In this document: positions 47,874-61,199 of the stretch, one piece after another | How positions within the stretch are numbered: the stretch's first letter is position 1 | Layout: each line of letters opens with the position of its first letter | Assembly: GCA_048128005.1 (NCBI GenBank) | Contig: JBEUKZ010000080.1 | Location: 186,001 to 250,000, forward strand | DNA length: 64,000 nucleotides | Reading direction: 5' to 3' | DNA from: Veleropilina oligotropha | Taxonomy: Eukaryota | Made by a program: the position numbers and the translations under genes | The notes under the pieces: generated by a model | What the model was told of the DNA's origin: nothing | Seen by the model: only the letters and a program-made list of their open reading frames with translations | Databases searched by the model: none

Positions 47874-49475
47874 CCGTTAAGAAATGGCCTGTCTAGAATG
47901 ATCACAAGGAATTATGTTTTAACATCCAAGATGGAGGCCGTGGAGGCCGGACCACACCCAAATTCAATAGGAGTCGTGTCCTCGCCCCAACCAATGCACA
48001 TACCAAATTTGAAAACATTATGTTAAGAAATGGCTTGTCTAGTGCGATAACGAGGAATCTCTCGGCGGTGGCGGCGTAACGAACCATACAATTAAATATA
48101 ATCATCTGTTTATGTGTACAGATGTTAAACACTTTAATTTCAAATGTAATTGAGCAGCTCGTTTAATCATTGTATTAACCCTAAGAACTTGTTTCCACTA
48201 CATATATATAAGTACATTTTATTTTCATGTAACCCATAAAAATACATGGATACGCACATGACCATTTATTAATAACTTCAATAAATAAATTGCATGTTAT
48301 AAGTAAACCCATTAGGATAGAGTTTAGGTCTAAGCTTACTTATTGAATTACTAAGAATCAAACCTCGTGGTACAACCTATACTTCTGAACTTCGTGGGGA
48401 TGCTGGTGGGCATGGATAGTTATATCACTATTATGTATACCTGACACTGGGACAGATTTTACTACATGGATTGAAATGAAAGCTGGAATAATTATACTGT
48501 GAAATATGAGAAAATTGTTAATTGTAATTTCATGATGTAGTGCTATAATAAGTTAAGTCTATAAACATTAAATATTACAGACATTGATATACATCTCAAA
48601 ATATAATATTATAATATTATTACACTATAATTTATAATTTTTCATAGAATAATATTTAAGCATACGGTACCTTCAGAAGCCCAGGGACAGGCTTTAAAAA
48701 GTTTTGGTTTCAAAGGATTAATAATGTAATGTGATATCCAGTGACTAAATCGCTTCAGAAGAAATCAAATACAATACAGAATCAATGTGATTGACAGATC
48801 TAGGCGCCAGTACAGCCTTGCTTCCAGACAGATCGATACTCCGACAGAAACGCAAACAAAGGGAACAGCATATATAGATATATCTATCTTCATCATAATA
48901 CAGGGAATTTAATTATAAAATTGAAAAGATAATAATTAAAGACCAATCAATGAACAAATAAAATCTACCAACACACAGACGGAGTCAATTCGCATATATG
49001 TTATTTTCAGGATCATCATATATATGAATAAACAGGAAATGGTATAGATTTCATAAGTTCAAAATTAAATATGTATTCAGATTCACGAATACTTAATTTC
49101 TCTAATATTAACTATGTGAACAATTCGCGCAGTCGTAGTCGCGAATCCTAGTAAGAGAAGATGTATTTTTCAACATACATTTTCCATAATAGGTACCCTA
49201 ATCTGCAAAGAATAAATTACTTCATCGAAACCTCTTGTTAGTGCTCACCATTGATTCAGCATTGTTATAATGTTAAACCAGTGAGATGCATCGCGGTCAC
49301 AGGTGACATTCAATTGCACACATGAATCGGATTACTGCCTACGACAACACATCGCCAAATCAATTAACGACAGAAACAAGTAACTGAACAAACTAGTAGA
49401 TGCTCTTTTACATGTAATAACTTTTAACGAGATGATAGGATTAATGTATAGATGCAGACTGAGTTAATTAATTAA

Positions 49476-50068
49476 AGATGCATTGCCCATAATTATCGCT
49501 TATTAATTGCCATACAAAGCCTTACTTACCTATCTGTGGATGTCATAAAAAGTTTGGTGATTCAAATTGGAAGAAAAAACATTGTTTGCTGTTTTATAAT
49601 AAATCGCTGCCGGCTATCGAAATTTACAATGAACGGCAACAATTTTGGTGGAGACCAGTTAACTCGTTCAACGGTGTATTGTCATAATTATTTTTCGTTA
49701 AACTGTTCATCGACACATGCAGACGTTTGGACAAATATGAAAAATGTATGTATCTAAATTGCATGCAATGTGACGTTAGTGTAAAATAGTACATCAGTTA
49801 TAATGTTGCATCTCAACTTTCCACAATTCCCATGTTAACTTTGGCCGTGGACAACTTGGACGAAAATTCTGACGGCGAGATGCCCGTTACCCATAATAAA
49901 ACCGGACCCGGTTTAATTATTTTTTCATTTTAATTCGTAGGCGCTCCAGTCTTTAGATTTTTTTGGAAAAATGACAAAGTTTCTAACTTTGGCTAACTGG
50001 CAAATATACATTTGAGGTCTTGGGTTTAAAATTAAAAGCATTTTTCGCTACTTACGGGCAATGCAACT
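49476..50068. mobile_element. TTAA-flanked MITE (Kolobok-like)
   Basis: TTAA|agatgcattgcccataattatcg ... cgctacttacgggcaatgcaact|TTAA; TIR match 19/23. Confidence 0.75.
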
Positions 50069-50664
50069 TTAATTAGACAATAGCATGTGTTGCATAAAGA
50101 AACTTATTGATTGACGGAAATGCAAACTGGCAATATATTTTGAGACTACATAAATGTTTCTAATGTAAATGTTATTTTTATACAACTTTTGTTATATATG
50201 CAAAGGACGAAATAGGATTAATACTTCTAGTGTTTACTTAAGTACTAGTATTTATTTGCATAAGTAACATTTGTTTGGTAATCGCAAATTTACGACAATG
50301 ATAAACCAACAGAACAATTTATGGTCCATCCGGGTACTTTAGCAATAGCGTCCAGCAAGAAAATCGCTATATCGGATTAAATTTTTTAATTTCCTTGCTT
50401 ACTAAAGCTGTATTTGTTCGATATGAAGTAGGGTATCTATACCACATACTAGATATATTTTAAGGCGAATTACACTTTAATTATATTAAATATATGCTGA
50501 ATCTTACCATTTTGTTTGTGTGTTAAAGACAGTATAAATATATCTGATAATATTTCATATATTAGTGACATAATTTTGCGAGATTTTTAATTTCGCGTAA
50601 TGAGCAACACGCGAAATACGCGAACTTTAATCGCTCATGAAATTTTCTTGATTTACAGTATACA

Positions 50665-51075
50665 TGTATTAAATAGATTAAATGTAATTTGTTTGGGTTT
50701 AGAAAGCGCATTACTGCCACTCATATAAAAACCCATTGAGTTGTCTTGTCCTCTATAACCTGCCCTTCTTCTTAAAATGCTCATCTAGGCGATTTTTAAA
50801 TTGGTTTACAGATGTCGATTCCACTACATTATTAGGAAGAGCATTCCATTCATCGACAACCCGATTTGAGAAAAAGTGTTTTCTAACGTCTAGTCGGAAT
50901 CGTTTTTTGTAAATCTTGTATTGATGCCCCCGGGTATGCCTTTGGTTCATCTGAAAAAAGAAACTCTTGTCAACGTTGACTTTTCCTGTAAACATTTTAA
51001 AAACCTGAATCATATCACCTCTTATCCTTCTCAAAGATAATGTTGTGAGGTTCAGAGCTCTTAGTCTCTCCTCGT
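50665..51075 (-). mobile_element. 5'-truncated CR1-clade LINE, 3' end
   Basis: Minus-strand ORF YEERLRALNLTTLSLRRIRGDMIQVFK...TRGHQYKI...RKHFFSNRVVDEWNALP...FKNRLD (stop 50753) is the typical CR1 ORF2 C-terminus. Confidence 0.88.
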
Positions 51076-51180
51076 ATGTATGTATGTATGTATGTATGTA
51101 TGCATGCATGCATGCATGGATGGATGAATGGGTGTGCGCGCGCGTGCGCGCGCATGCGCACGCACACACATATATATATG
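51074..51180. repeat. Compound microsatellite (TATG)n-(CATG)n-(CG/CA)n-(TA)n
   Basis: Visible directly; largely alternating purine-pyrimidine. Confidence 0.9.
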
Positions 51181-51295
51181 ATGAATTAATGCCTTAAAAG
51201 CTACAATATGACTGTACATATACAATCTAATATCTAACTGGGTATATATACAAGTATTTGAGTGATATCATGATAGCATAATTATATACTATACA

Positions 51296-51631
51296 CCGTG
51301 GTACAGTGGTAGATGCACTGGCCTCTCACTCGAGAGGTTTGGGGTTCAACCCCGATCCCGGCGACTTCCCTTGGGCAAGGAATTAAAGCATATATTGCCT
51401 CGGTTCACCCAGCCGATCTGAGATCAAAATGGGTACCTGGTTGGCAGTGCAGAATATGTCAGAATGACTGGTCAAGCGCCTAACAGGCATGTACTTGACC
51501 GTAATACTCTCAGAGAGAGTTGAGAAGGAATATGAATGAACAGGCCAATAACCAGGGGAATAATAATGTAAGCGCTTTGAGCACACAATTCGTATGTGTG
51601 GGAAAGCGCAGATAAATCTTCACATTATTAT
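51296..51631 (+). mobile_element. tRNA-derived SINE with CORE-like domain and L2-like tail (family 2)
   Basis: A-box tggtacagtgg (51299), B-box ggttcaaccc (51343), ccttgggcaag...tgcctc...aaatgggtacc central domain, tail tgtaagcgctttgagc...aagcgcagataaat...attatta. Confidence 0.8.
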
Positions 51632-52489
51632 ATCATAGCCCTTTGATCCAGGGGAGACAACTGCAGAAAAGCAAATGAATTCCTGGTCGCGTGTCTAGAA
51701 TGACAAACACATCATATGACCTATTTTATCACCTCTGACGTAGCCCTTGGTTGCATGTTAAATTAGTCATTTTTAACTGCTCCTGAGAAGTGACTGGATC
51801 AACATTCAAGATCAAAATGTCCGGCTGGTTGTGCAGCAGTGTGCAACACTTAGGAAGCGACTCTCATCAGACCAGTGTAGACTAGCTTCCCCAGGCCCCT
51901 CGATTCCAGAGAGCTCTGGTGTTGCTCCACGTAAGACATCCTAGTACATGTACTACCCAGTCAGTTGAGGACGTCTGATTGACTTCAGTCAGGTGCATTC
52001 AGCCTCCGTAACTAATGCTGAAGGGATTGATATCATCAAGAGTACTACAGACATGTACCCAGGGTACATTTATGTACACATACATGTACCCAAGGTACTT
52101 GTATGTATACATAGATGTACCGTCCAAATACATAAAGGTACTCTAAGGAAATCTCGGACACATTCTCGTGAGATTCCGCCATTTTGTCAACTCACTAATG
52201 ACTGTTATCACCGCAATAAAATCTAGATGACTCACCGCCAAGCAATTACCGTAGCTAATTCGTTCCAGTAAATTTTCACACTGTAGAATTGTCATAGAAA
52301 CAACTACGACTATTTTATGTTAAATAAAATCATTATTATTTGACAATTTTAAGATGCCGTATTGGCGTAACTGATATAAAGTATGCATAGCCTATATGAG
52401 TGGTTTATCAACATATTTCGTGAAATAAATGTTTGTTTTTCTAGCATTAATAAAACGACAATTGATTGTGTTGATTAGTTTGTTTGAGT

Positions 52490-53348
52490 GGTTAGTGGTT
52501 TGCGTGGTTAGTTGTTTGTATGGTTAGTTGTTTGCGTGGTTAGTTGTTTGCGTGGCTAGCTGCTTGCATGGTTAGTTTGTTTGCGTGGTTAGTTGTTTTC
52601 GTGGTTAGTTGTTTGCATGGTTAGTTGTTTGAGTGGTTAGTTGTTTGCGTGGTTAGTTGTTTGCATGGTTAGTTGTTTGTATGGTTAGTTGTTTGCGTGG
52701 TTAGCTGCTTGCATGGTTAATTGTTTGCATGGTTAGTTGTTTGCATGGTTAGTTGTTTGCGTGGTTAGTTGTTTGCATGGTTAGTTGTTTGCGTGGTTAG
52801 CTGCTTGCATGGTTAGTTTGTTTGCGTGGTTAGTTGTTTTCGTGGTTAGTTGTTTTCGTGGTTAGTTGTTTGCATGGTTAGTTCTTTGCGTGGTTAGTTG
52901 TTTGCGTGGTTAGTTGTTTGTATGGTTAGTTGTTTGCGTGGTTAGCTGCTTGCATGGTTAGTTTGTTTGCGTGGTTAGTTGTTTTCGTGGTTAGTTGTTT
53001 GCATGGTTAGTTGTTTGCGTGGTTAGTTGTTTGCGTGGTTAGTTGTTTGCGTGGTTAGTTGTTTGTATGGTTAGTTGTTTGCGTGGTTAGCTGCTTGCAT
53101 GGTTAGTTGTTTGCATGGTTAGTTGTTTGCATGGTTAGTTGTTTGCGTGGTTAGTTGTTTGCATGGTTAGTTGTTTGCATGGTTAGTTGTTTGCATGGTT
53201 AGTTGTTTGCATGGTTAGTTGTTTGCTTGGTTATTTGTTTGCGTGGTTAGTTTGTTTGCATGGTTAGTTTGTTTGCGTGGTTAGTTGTCTGCGTGGTTAG
53301 TTGTTTGCGTGGTTAGTTTGTTTGCGTGGTTAGTTGTTTGCGTGGTTA
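52490..53348. repeat. 16-bp GT-rich minisatellite, ~53 copies
   Basis: Unit ggttagttgtttgcRt, with 17-bp and gctgct variants. Confidence 0.95.
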
Positions 53349-53710
53349 TAGTTGTTTAATCTGATTATCTTGATCCTGCAGCCTGATTAGTTGTTAACAT
53401 TTTGATTATGATAAATTGAATTCACAAATTACTATTCAAAGTGAACACGAATCAACAATTAGTCAAGCTAGACTATAATCCAAAACAGAAAAGTTTATTT
53501 GCAGAATAAAATTCAAGTGAATAGAGTATTTATTGCAATCACGTGATCTGGTTATGAGACTTCATTGTGCTGGGTACGACCCCTTCAGCATAACTAACAG
53601 CAGACATTAACACCCTATTATGCGTTGCACATGCTTTTCGCACATGGAATACGATGAAGTAATTTTTAAAAATCACAACAGATGATCAGATCCACTTAAC
53701 AATAATATAA

Positions 53711-53846
53711 GTTGTCGGCATTGCCCGAGGGGAATATGGGTCTATGTACCTGTTTGTGAGAATTTATTAACCGAGACGAAGTCGAGGTTAATAAATTCTC
53801 ACAAACGGTACATAGACCCATATTTCACGAGGGCTATGCCGACAAC
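53711..53846. repeat. Long palindrome with CGAG-n-CGAG loop (end of a probable non-autonomous element extending to ~54610)
   Basis: ~60-bp arms gttgtcggca...tatgggtctatgtacc..gtttgtgagaatttattaacc / ggttaataaattctcacaaacggtacatagacccata...tgccgacaac; loop cgagacgaagtcgag. Confidence 0.8.
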
Positions 53847-54623
53847 GAATTTATCTTACTTCAATAAAATAAAATCATACCTTTTGAACAAGTCTCTATT
53901 CCAACTTCGTTTCTCCGTGAAAGAACCCTTTTAAATATTCTATTGTTGTTACTAAAAAACCGCGTTCCTAAAATAATGATTTCAGCTCTGCCGAAGATCA
54001 TGTGTAAAACTTCATGTTCAATGTAAAAAATATTTCTTTCGTTATAACTGTGATATTTAGCAGGATTGGCATGATTATTGAAAAACACACAAAGTAAGTT
54101 TGTGGCAAATACATGCATACCAATATACATTATATATATTTTGAAGATATTCCGACGCGCCCATTAGAATGTAATAATAATGCCTAGCAACCGTCACTCT
54201 CCAGGCAGAGAAATTAAGAATACTCCGTACAGTACGGTAGATAAATGACGTCTCTCTGCAGGAGAATAATAGGAAGCTGAAGTAAACACCAAAATTAAGT
54301 AAATAAGGATAATTGAATATTATATTTTACATGAAAATGTCAAAAGTGTAAACCGTTACGAATATAAAATGAAGTTGATGCATAATTTTCCAAACGATGT
54401 ACGATTCCATGACTTAACATTTGTATTGATGTTTTGGCAGACGACATGTTCACAATTATCTCCCTTGTCTTCGAGGGCGCTCCAAATCACAATAGTACAC
54501 ACAACTACGTAAGGTATAAATAATTCATATACCCCGCCTGGGTGGGGAATATGGTAATTGTCGAAGGAACGTTAACCAATCAGATTGCAGTATTAAGAGC
54601 TAAAGTAAGATAATATCTCTTAT

Positions 54624-55328
54624 TCAATATTTACATGGATGGTGAGATGATGCTGTTATACAGGACCGTGTTCATATTAGTTGATATATATACAGTATAT
54701 CAGTATTTACATGGATGGTGAGACGCTGCTGTTATACCGGACCGTGTTCATATTAGTTGATATATATACAGTATATCAATATTTACATGGATGGTGAGAC
54801 GCTGCTGTTACAGGACCGTGTTCATATTAGTTGATATATATATATATATACAGTATATCAATATTTACATGGATGGTGAGACGCTGCTGTTATACAGGAC
54901 CGTGTTCATATTAGTTGATATATATATACAGTATATCAATATTTACATGGATGGTGAGACGCTGCTGTTATACAGGACCGTGTTCATATTAGTTGATATA
55001 TATATACAGTATATCAATATTTACATGGATGGTGAGACGCTGCTGTTATACAGGACCGTGTTCATATTAGTTGATATATATATACAGTATATCAATATTT
55101 ACATGGATGGTGAGACGCTGCTGTTATACAGGACCGTGTTCATATTAGTTGATATATATATATACAGTATGTCAATATTTACATGGATGGTGAGACGCTG
55201 CTGTTATACAGGACCGTGTTCATATTAGTTGATATATATATATACAGTATATCAATATTTACATGGATGGTGAGACGCTGCTGTTATACAGGACCGTGTT
55301 CATATTAGTTGATATATATACAGTATAT
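54624..55328. repeat. ~76-82-bp minisatellite, 9 copies with a variable internal (TA)n
   Basis: Unit caatatttacatggatggtgagacgctgctgttatacaggaccgtgttcatattagttga(ta)ncagtatat. Confidence 0.95.
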
Positions 55329-55336
55329 AACTAGAT

Positions 55337-56905
55337 AACAAGTGATGGGGTGCCATCACAGTGGGCCCCGCTCCACCAATATAACTCGATAAACAGTCAC
55401 ATGTGAGCAATAATTGTTATATATGCAAAAATAGAAGGTAAATTTACATTGACCATTTGATGAAGCTTATGCTGTTGATACTCCAAAATCATTATGCACT
55501 GGATATTTCCAACAGAAAAGCTATACATAATGATATTGTGTCACAAACTGTTACCTCTCTCACCTTGATGTACCTGTATAGTCAGAGAGACAGAAACTAA
55601 ACATTAAATCATATGAATAAATGAACTATTTAATACCAAATGTAAGCTTTAACCAAAAACCTTAACCAAGATACTTTATGCAAAATTCCCTCCAATATCC
55701 ATTAAACATGTCAAATTTCTTTCAACTAGTATGATCAAGAACCCATTGGCTACTGCCAACAGGGAAGCTATGATATTAAATATATATAGCCCCACAACCT
55801 GTCACCTTAAGTCTCACGGCTTACTGTACCTGTAGTAACAACTACAAGCCTAGAGCAAGTCTGACAGAGAGACAAATGACCGAAACATATAGACATTGAA
55901 GATCAATAACGATTTTCTTTTCAATTAAATTTACAATTAAATTTAAAATTTAAAATTAAATTTAAAAATAAATTTAAAATTTGAAATGTAAAATTTCAAT
56001 GTATCCATTAGATAACATTTACAGCTACCATGCATTCCAAACATTTAAGTCTGTTAGAATATCAAACATGGCCATAAAACTTTCAAAAATGCTTAGAAAC
56101 TAAAACTTGGAATCTTAACCACACTATTTTCTTTTAAATTTCCAGATAAAATTTTAAAAAATGAATCCAATTGGTAACAATTACAATTACCTGTAATAAA
56201 ACTGCTCCTTGAAATGATATTCAATCATTTAACATTGTAAAAACTGCTAAAAAACTTTCAAAAATGATTCAATGAGAACCCTTAACCTGGTACCTTAACC
56301 AAACTATTTTCTTTTAAATTTACTGTTAAAAGTTAAAAAAAAAAAATTCATTTGGTAACAGTTGCAAATACCTTTAATAAAAGTGCTCCTTGAAATGATA
56401 ACCAAGCACTTAACTTTGTTAAAAAATCAAACCTGACCATAAAACTTTCAAAAATGCTTCAAGTTGAACCTTTAACCTGGTACCTTAACCATGAAAATTT
56501 CTAATAAATTCGTTCGATATCAACACTCCAGTTTCTGGAATTATCCATAATAATAATATTCAAAGAAGCCTGCGACAAAAAAGTGCCTTTATCAAGCAAA
56601 CTATACGGAAAAAGTGAACCATTAATACCAAATAGAACGTTTAACCAAACAGCTTAACCAAGATTTTTGAACCTAAATTCTCTCCTATGTCAATTAAACA
56701 TATGAAATTCCTTTCGTTAATCTCAATACAGCATTTAGGAACATTCCCTTGTTCATTTATTACCATACATTCATATCAAATTATGTTAACAGAAGGTTTA
56801 ACCTGAACCTTAACCAAATGAGCATCGGACGGACGGACGGAAGGATGGACGGACGGACGGACGGAAAAGGTGATCACTATAGGGCTCCCTGACGGGGACC
56901 TAACA
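55337..56905. mobile_element. HINE-like element
   Basis: aacaag plus hairpin gtgatgg-ggtg-ccatcac, ~180-bp internal repeats (aaactttcaaaaatg...ccttaacc), (GGAC)n at 56827-56865, terminal tagggctccc...ggggaccta. Confidence 0.6.
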
Positions 56906-56980
56906 AAATTTGCTAACAGCTTGCAAACTGAATTCTATTAAACATTTAGCTGTTTATAGAAATAATGGAATACAACTTAC

Positions 56981-57065
56981 CTGATCTCTCCTATCTTCGG
57001 CGCCCTGCTTGCTCGAGAAATTTTGCGGCGAACATATCGTCGAGGGACACATAAGCCGCTAGACC
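56981..57065 (-). other. Candidate 85-nt spliced exon of an unidentified minus-strand host gene
   Basis: Minus strand reads ttatttttgctatag|ggtct...gatcag|gtaagt around a GC/CpG-rich island; could encode MCPSTICSPQNFSSKQGAEDRRDQ. Confidence 0.4.
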
Positions 57066-57920
57066 CTATAGCAAAAATAAAGTCAACATTATAATTAAAA
57101 TATCGGCACAGGTAACGAAGGCCAGCTCTTCATATTTACAACATAATGGACCAATATCATTAGACCGGTACCATTCAAAACATCTGCTGGAAATAGGCCC
57201 TCCAGCAGTGAGCTTTCTACTTACCATTTAAAAATAATTAATACATAGTGATGATACTGTATATTACATGAGATGTATCAAGCAAGAAATATATGCATAT
57301 GATAGATATATTATGCATACAGATGCTTCATCTATACATGTATATACACAAAGTTAGCAACTCTGCACACACTATAATATGTTTATACAAGATCCCATTA
57401 GAAAACGGATTCATCTCCCCCTGATATAATTTTAACAAAAATCTACGTTAAAAAACACCTACATTTATGCAATAATTCTATTATATTTTATTCAATATCA
57501 CTTGCAGTGACAGGTGTCATCCATATAACCCATACAAAAGCATATATATGCTAATAAGTGTCATATACACTCAATACAAAACTTTAATCAAATTGTTTAC
57601 GGACGTACGGAAGGACAGGGCACCAATAATACCTTCGGGTGGGGGACAAAAACAGGAAACAAGTAGATTAAGCAATAAACTGACTGCATGCAATTGACAC
57701 ATTTTTGGGTAAATGTATCAAAGATTAGGTACATGCCGATCTAATAGAATTGGGTAAACTGTTCAAATAGTTGACCCTGAAGTTAGAAACTTATCTAATA
57801 CAGCTGCGTTCAAAATTTGGGAAGGAAAGTTTGCCATTCTCTGCAGATTGTAGTGAATAATCTGAATGCAAGCCAATAAATAGCTCGTTCCTGTAAATGT
57901 TATGGAGTTGTACCATTTAA

Positions 57921-59929
57921 AGATGCTGAATCTATATTCGTATGATATTTCGTATAAAAAAAAACTATAAATACGATATGGTATCGATACATGACATGTT
58001 TTTAGGACGAAGGAAAAGTTAAAATGCAACAAAAGGTGTTGCTAGCATTTAATAATCGCTTCAGCCGACGTGGTATTTTAATCAGCGCGTCAATTCTCCG
58101 AAGCTATCTTATCTCATTTATCGGGGACGGACACACCCGATCGTTATTGGGTTAAACGTCACGTGGTCCCGTCGATTTGATTGACACATAGACCTAAATA
58201 TGATTACGTCTATGATTGACATCACACAGCAAGCAAAATGGAGGTCAGTGTTTATCGGTTCGCTGAAATTGATGTATTGCTTTGAAACATATAGCTACTT
58301 TCTCATAATTGTAGTATATGGCAGCAATACTAACGTAATAACCATATTTATTTCACCAACTAATTAGGCCTATTGCGCACCGCGACATTGTAATGACATG
58401 GGGGTTCACTGTTTCAAGTGCTTCACTGTTTGTTTACAAGTTGAAGTAGCCGCATCCAATTTTCATTTATAGCGTTATTTATTATTTCAAGTTTTTCGTG
58501 TACATCCATTTCACAGTCAATAACGGCGGCCTGTGTTACAATATGATGCTTAAATGCACTTAATGAGTAGATCTTTATTATAGTTAATTACTATTGTACT
58601 ATTGCATATGTTTTTACTATGAGTCAAAGCACTAATGAAATCGCACCGAGCACTCCTGCCAGCAATGATTAATCTTGACCTGTGATCTAAGATAATTGTG
58701 TGTATATTGTTAATGACATCTAGTCGCCTGATAGTAGCTGTTGACGTCACGTAATTCTGACATATTGATATAACTGAAAGTGAGTAATGATGTTTAGTTC
58801 CAAGTTCAAAAGGAATGACGCCCGTATTCTGTGGTTATGAGACATATGGTCGATTCGTCACTCCGTGTCAAATGCGTGTATTACAGATGATTTAATGTAC
58901 GAGAATAGCTGGGCGAAACCAAAAGCACGAGGTCCGATTGGTTGAGACGAGGGCCGGGGAAGTTAGTTTGGGTGCCTGTGCGTGGCCGACAGCGGCAGTC
59001 TTTACCTGGTCAACATCTAGGGTGCACGTATAACTGTGCGAGACTCATTTGTACATATTTAAATATGTTTAGTTAGAACTTATATCTACGCTACTATTGA
59101 TTGAACCGACATGGATGTATATGAGATGTGATTTGTACTATGTCGAGGACCGATATAAATGAATTGTCCGAACTTACAAATGACTTGTGAAACTGTAGCG
59201 AGATGTAATGGTAGCGACTCCAGCGGATAGTGCCTCGTCACGGAGATATTATCCAATACCACCGCATTCCGTCATGGATAGCACAACGGTCCTAGATGTC
59301 GGAATGACCCGAGCCGGCTACCGAGTTGAGACATAAACTTAAGTTACGAGTATACAGTTAGCTGGAAATGGCTTTAAAGCCAGCGAACTGTAGATACTCT
59401 ATAGAACACTAGACGACACGAATGATGGAATCCAGTAACCTCCTATCGTTGTTCTCCGAACATATATGCCAGACTACAGAACAATATATCATTGATCCCA
59501 TTAACACTGTTGCGCGGTGTCGGGCGTTCCGCCAGTTCCAGGATTCCGATCTGGGCAACATCATCTCCCCCGCTGTGTAACACCTGCCTCTCTTTCTCGT
59601 GTCGACATCCGCCATGAAAACCGATATAAACAAACTCAGACAAGGTTGACCTTGAAATGACCCGGTAGATCGCGAGAGTGATTTAGGACGGAGCTAAGTG
59701 ACGTGTTGAGCCGTCGTTCATTTCCGTATAAATCTCACGTACAATCGGCTGAGCGCGCGCTCATAATTCAATAAAAAAAATTCAAATATTTATTACTAAG
59801 TGAAAAACAATTTTGCGGTGTGTGGTAATCTCTGAAACGTCCTAACTATATGCAATAAACCAATGCAGAAAGTGTAAGATAGAACAGCATTTAAATACAT
59901 TTTAGCGATCTGAAGTAGATCCTGCATCT
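57921..59929. mobile_element. TTAA-flanked ~2-kb non-autonomous DNA transposon (Kolobok-like)
   Basis: TTAA|agatgctgaatcta ... tagatcctgcatct|TTAA (TIR 12/14); CpG-rich interior; no transposase ORF. Confidence 0.65.
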
Positions 59930-61199
59930 TTAAGCATTAATTTTGTAACAAGTATTAATTGTTACCCTCACAACCAGAGGAGAGACAAGTCTTAGACTAT
60001 TGCAATCATCTCCGTACGTAAGTAACTATGTCTTTCTGTATATATATGTATTTCGGTCCTCCTCGAAGATCAGGTCCGGAATGTGATTCGGTTCCGGAAT
60101 TTATGATGCAATATCTGGTTTACGGATTTTCGACCATAGTGTTAAAACACTTCAAATGTCGTACAAATTTCAAATTAGGATAAAAATGTCCTTGATATCA
60201 CTGGGCAATGATATGCTAATTTTATAAGATCTACATCACCCAGGAAGGCTGCCTATCTAAAATAAAAATAATAGTGGGCCAATTTTTTTATTTCACCAAA
60301 TCAGATTAAATTGTGTAAATTAGTACTAGTACTAAAACTTATCAAATTATAATGATATGAGCAAATATATTTGGACAATAATGTGAACTTTATAAGCATT
60401 TCTGAAATGAACCAAACAAAAATTTAACTAATTTAGGGCCATACTTGGTAACTACTGACAGTACTAGTAAGCAGCTAAAATTTTAACATGTGTGTTAGGG
60501 CAAATTTGTAGCATTAATTTTTCTCCAAAGTTAAAATTGTCGACAAGTTGTGATATTTGTAATATTTAACTCTTTAAATAATGCTAATACATATACCGTG
60601 GTATAATTTATATCACCAAGAAAGAATATTATAGCACCAATGAAAAACTTGAACAAAAATTTTAATAAAATAATTTATGTGTCCCGATGTAGCACTTTGA
60701 AGTAAAATTTGATTTAAATAACATTCCATTTTACTGTTATAGTGTCATGCAACATTGGAGTAGACATGTAATATAAAATGATGATAAAGAGTGCACATGT
60801 TTGCCTATATATCATTAATATAGAAAAACTTCATCATTCAAAATTTCTAAGTTCAAAAGCAGCATTTTGAAGTAAAATTTTATTTAAATTACATTCAGTA
60901 TTACTAGTGTAGTGTTGTGCAACATGGGAATAGACATATCCATACATGTGATGAAACCAAGATTGCATTTCAGGAGGTTTGCATTTTTTTTCTAGGAGAT
61001 TGGGGTCAAATTTAAGGAGTATTTTTATCGCCAAGTTTTCGTCATATATTTGAAAATATTTGAATAAAAAGGCCTTCATAGAAATGAAATATTATTTTAT
61101 TTATGCAATACCAATAAATATTATAATTGAATATATATATATTAAACACCATAAAATAATTATATAATACAACCTTAAATATTTACAATTCTTATTATA

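Larger units (their letters stand above)
45235..48075. mobile_element. HINE-like element with internal tandem repeats, carrying two nested insertions
   Basis: Starts aactag with the hairpin gtcac-ga-gtgac. The repeat ggccatcttggaggtcggaccacacccaaa...ccaatgcacataccaaatttgaaaacattccgttaagaaatg resumes after each insertion. Confidence 0.65.

Noticed and set aside
51296..51365. Functional tRNA gene
   Set aside because: A and B boxes are present, but there is no proper acceptor stem and it continues into a SINE body and tail.
52490..53348. Interstitial telomeric repeat
   Set aside because: It contains GGTTAG once per 16-bp unit but no tandem TTAGGG.
54791..55228. 145-aa ORF
   Set aside because: Translation of a 76-82-bp tandem repeat with variable (TA)n.
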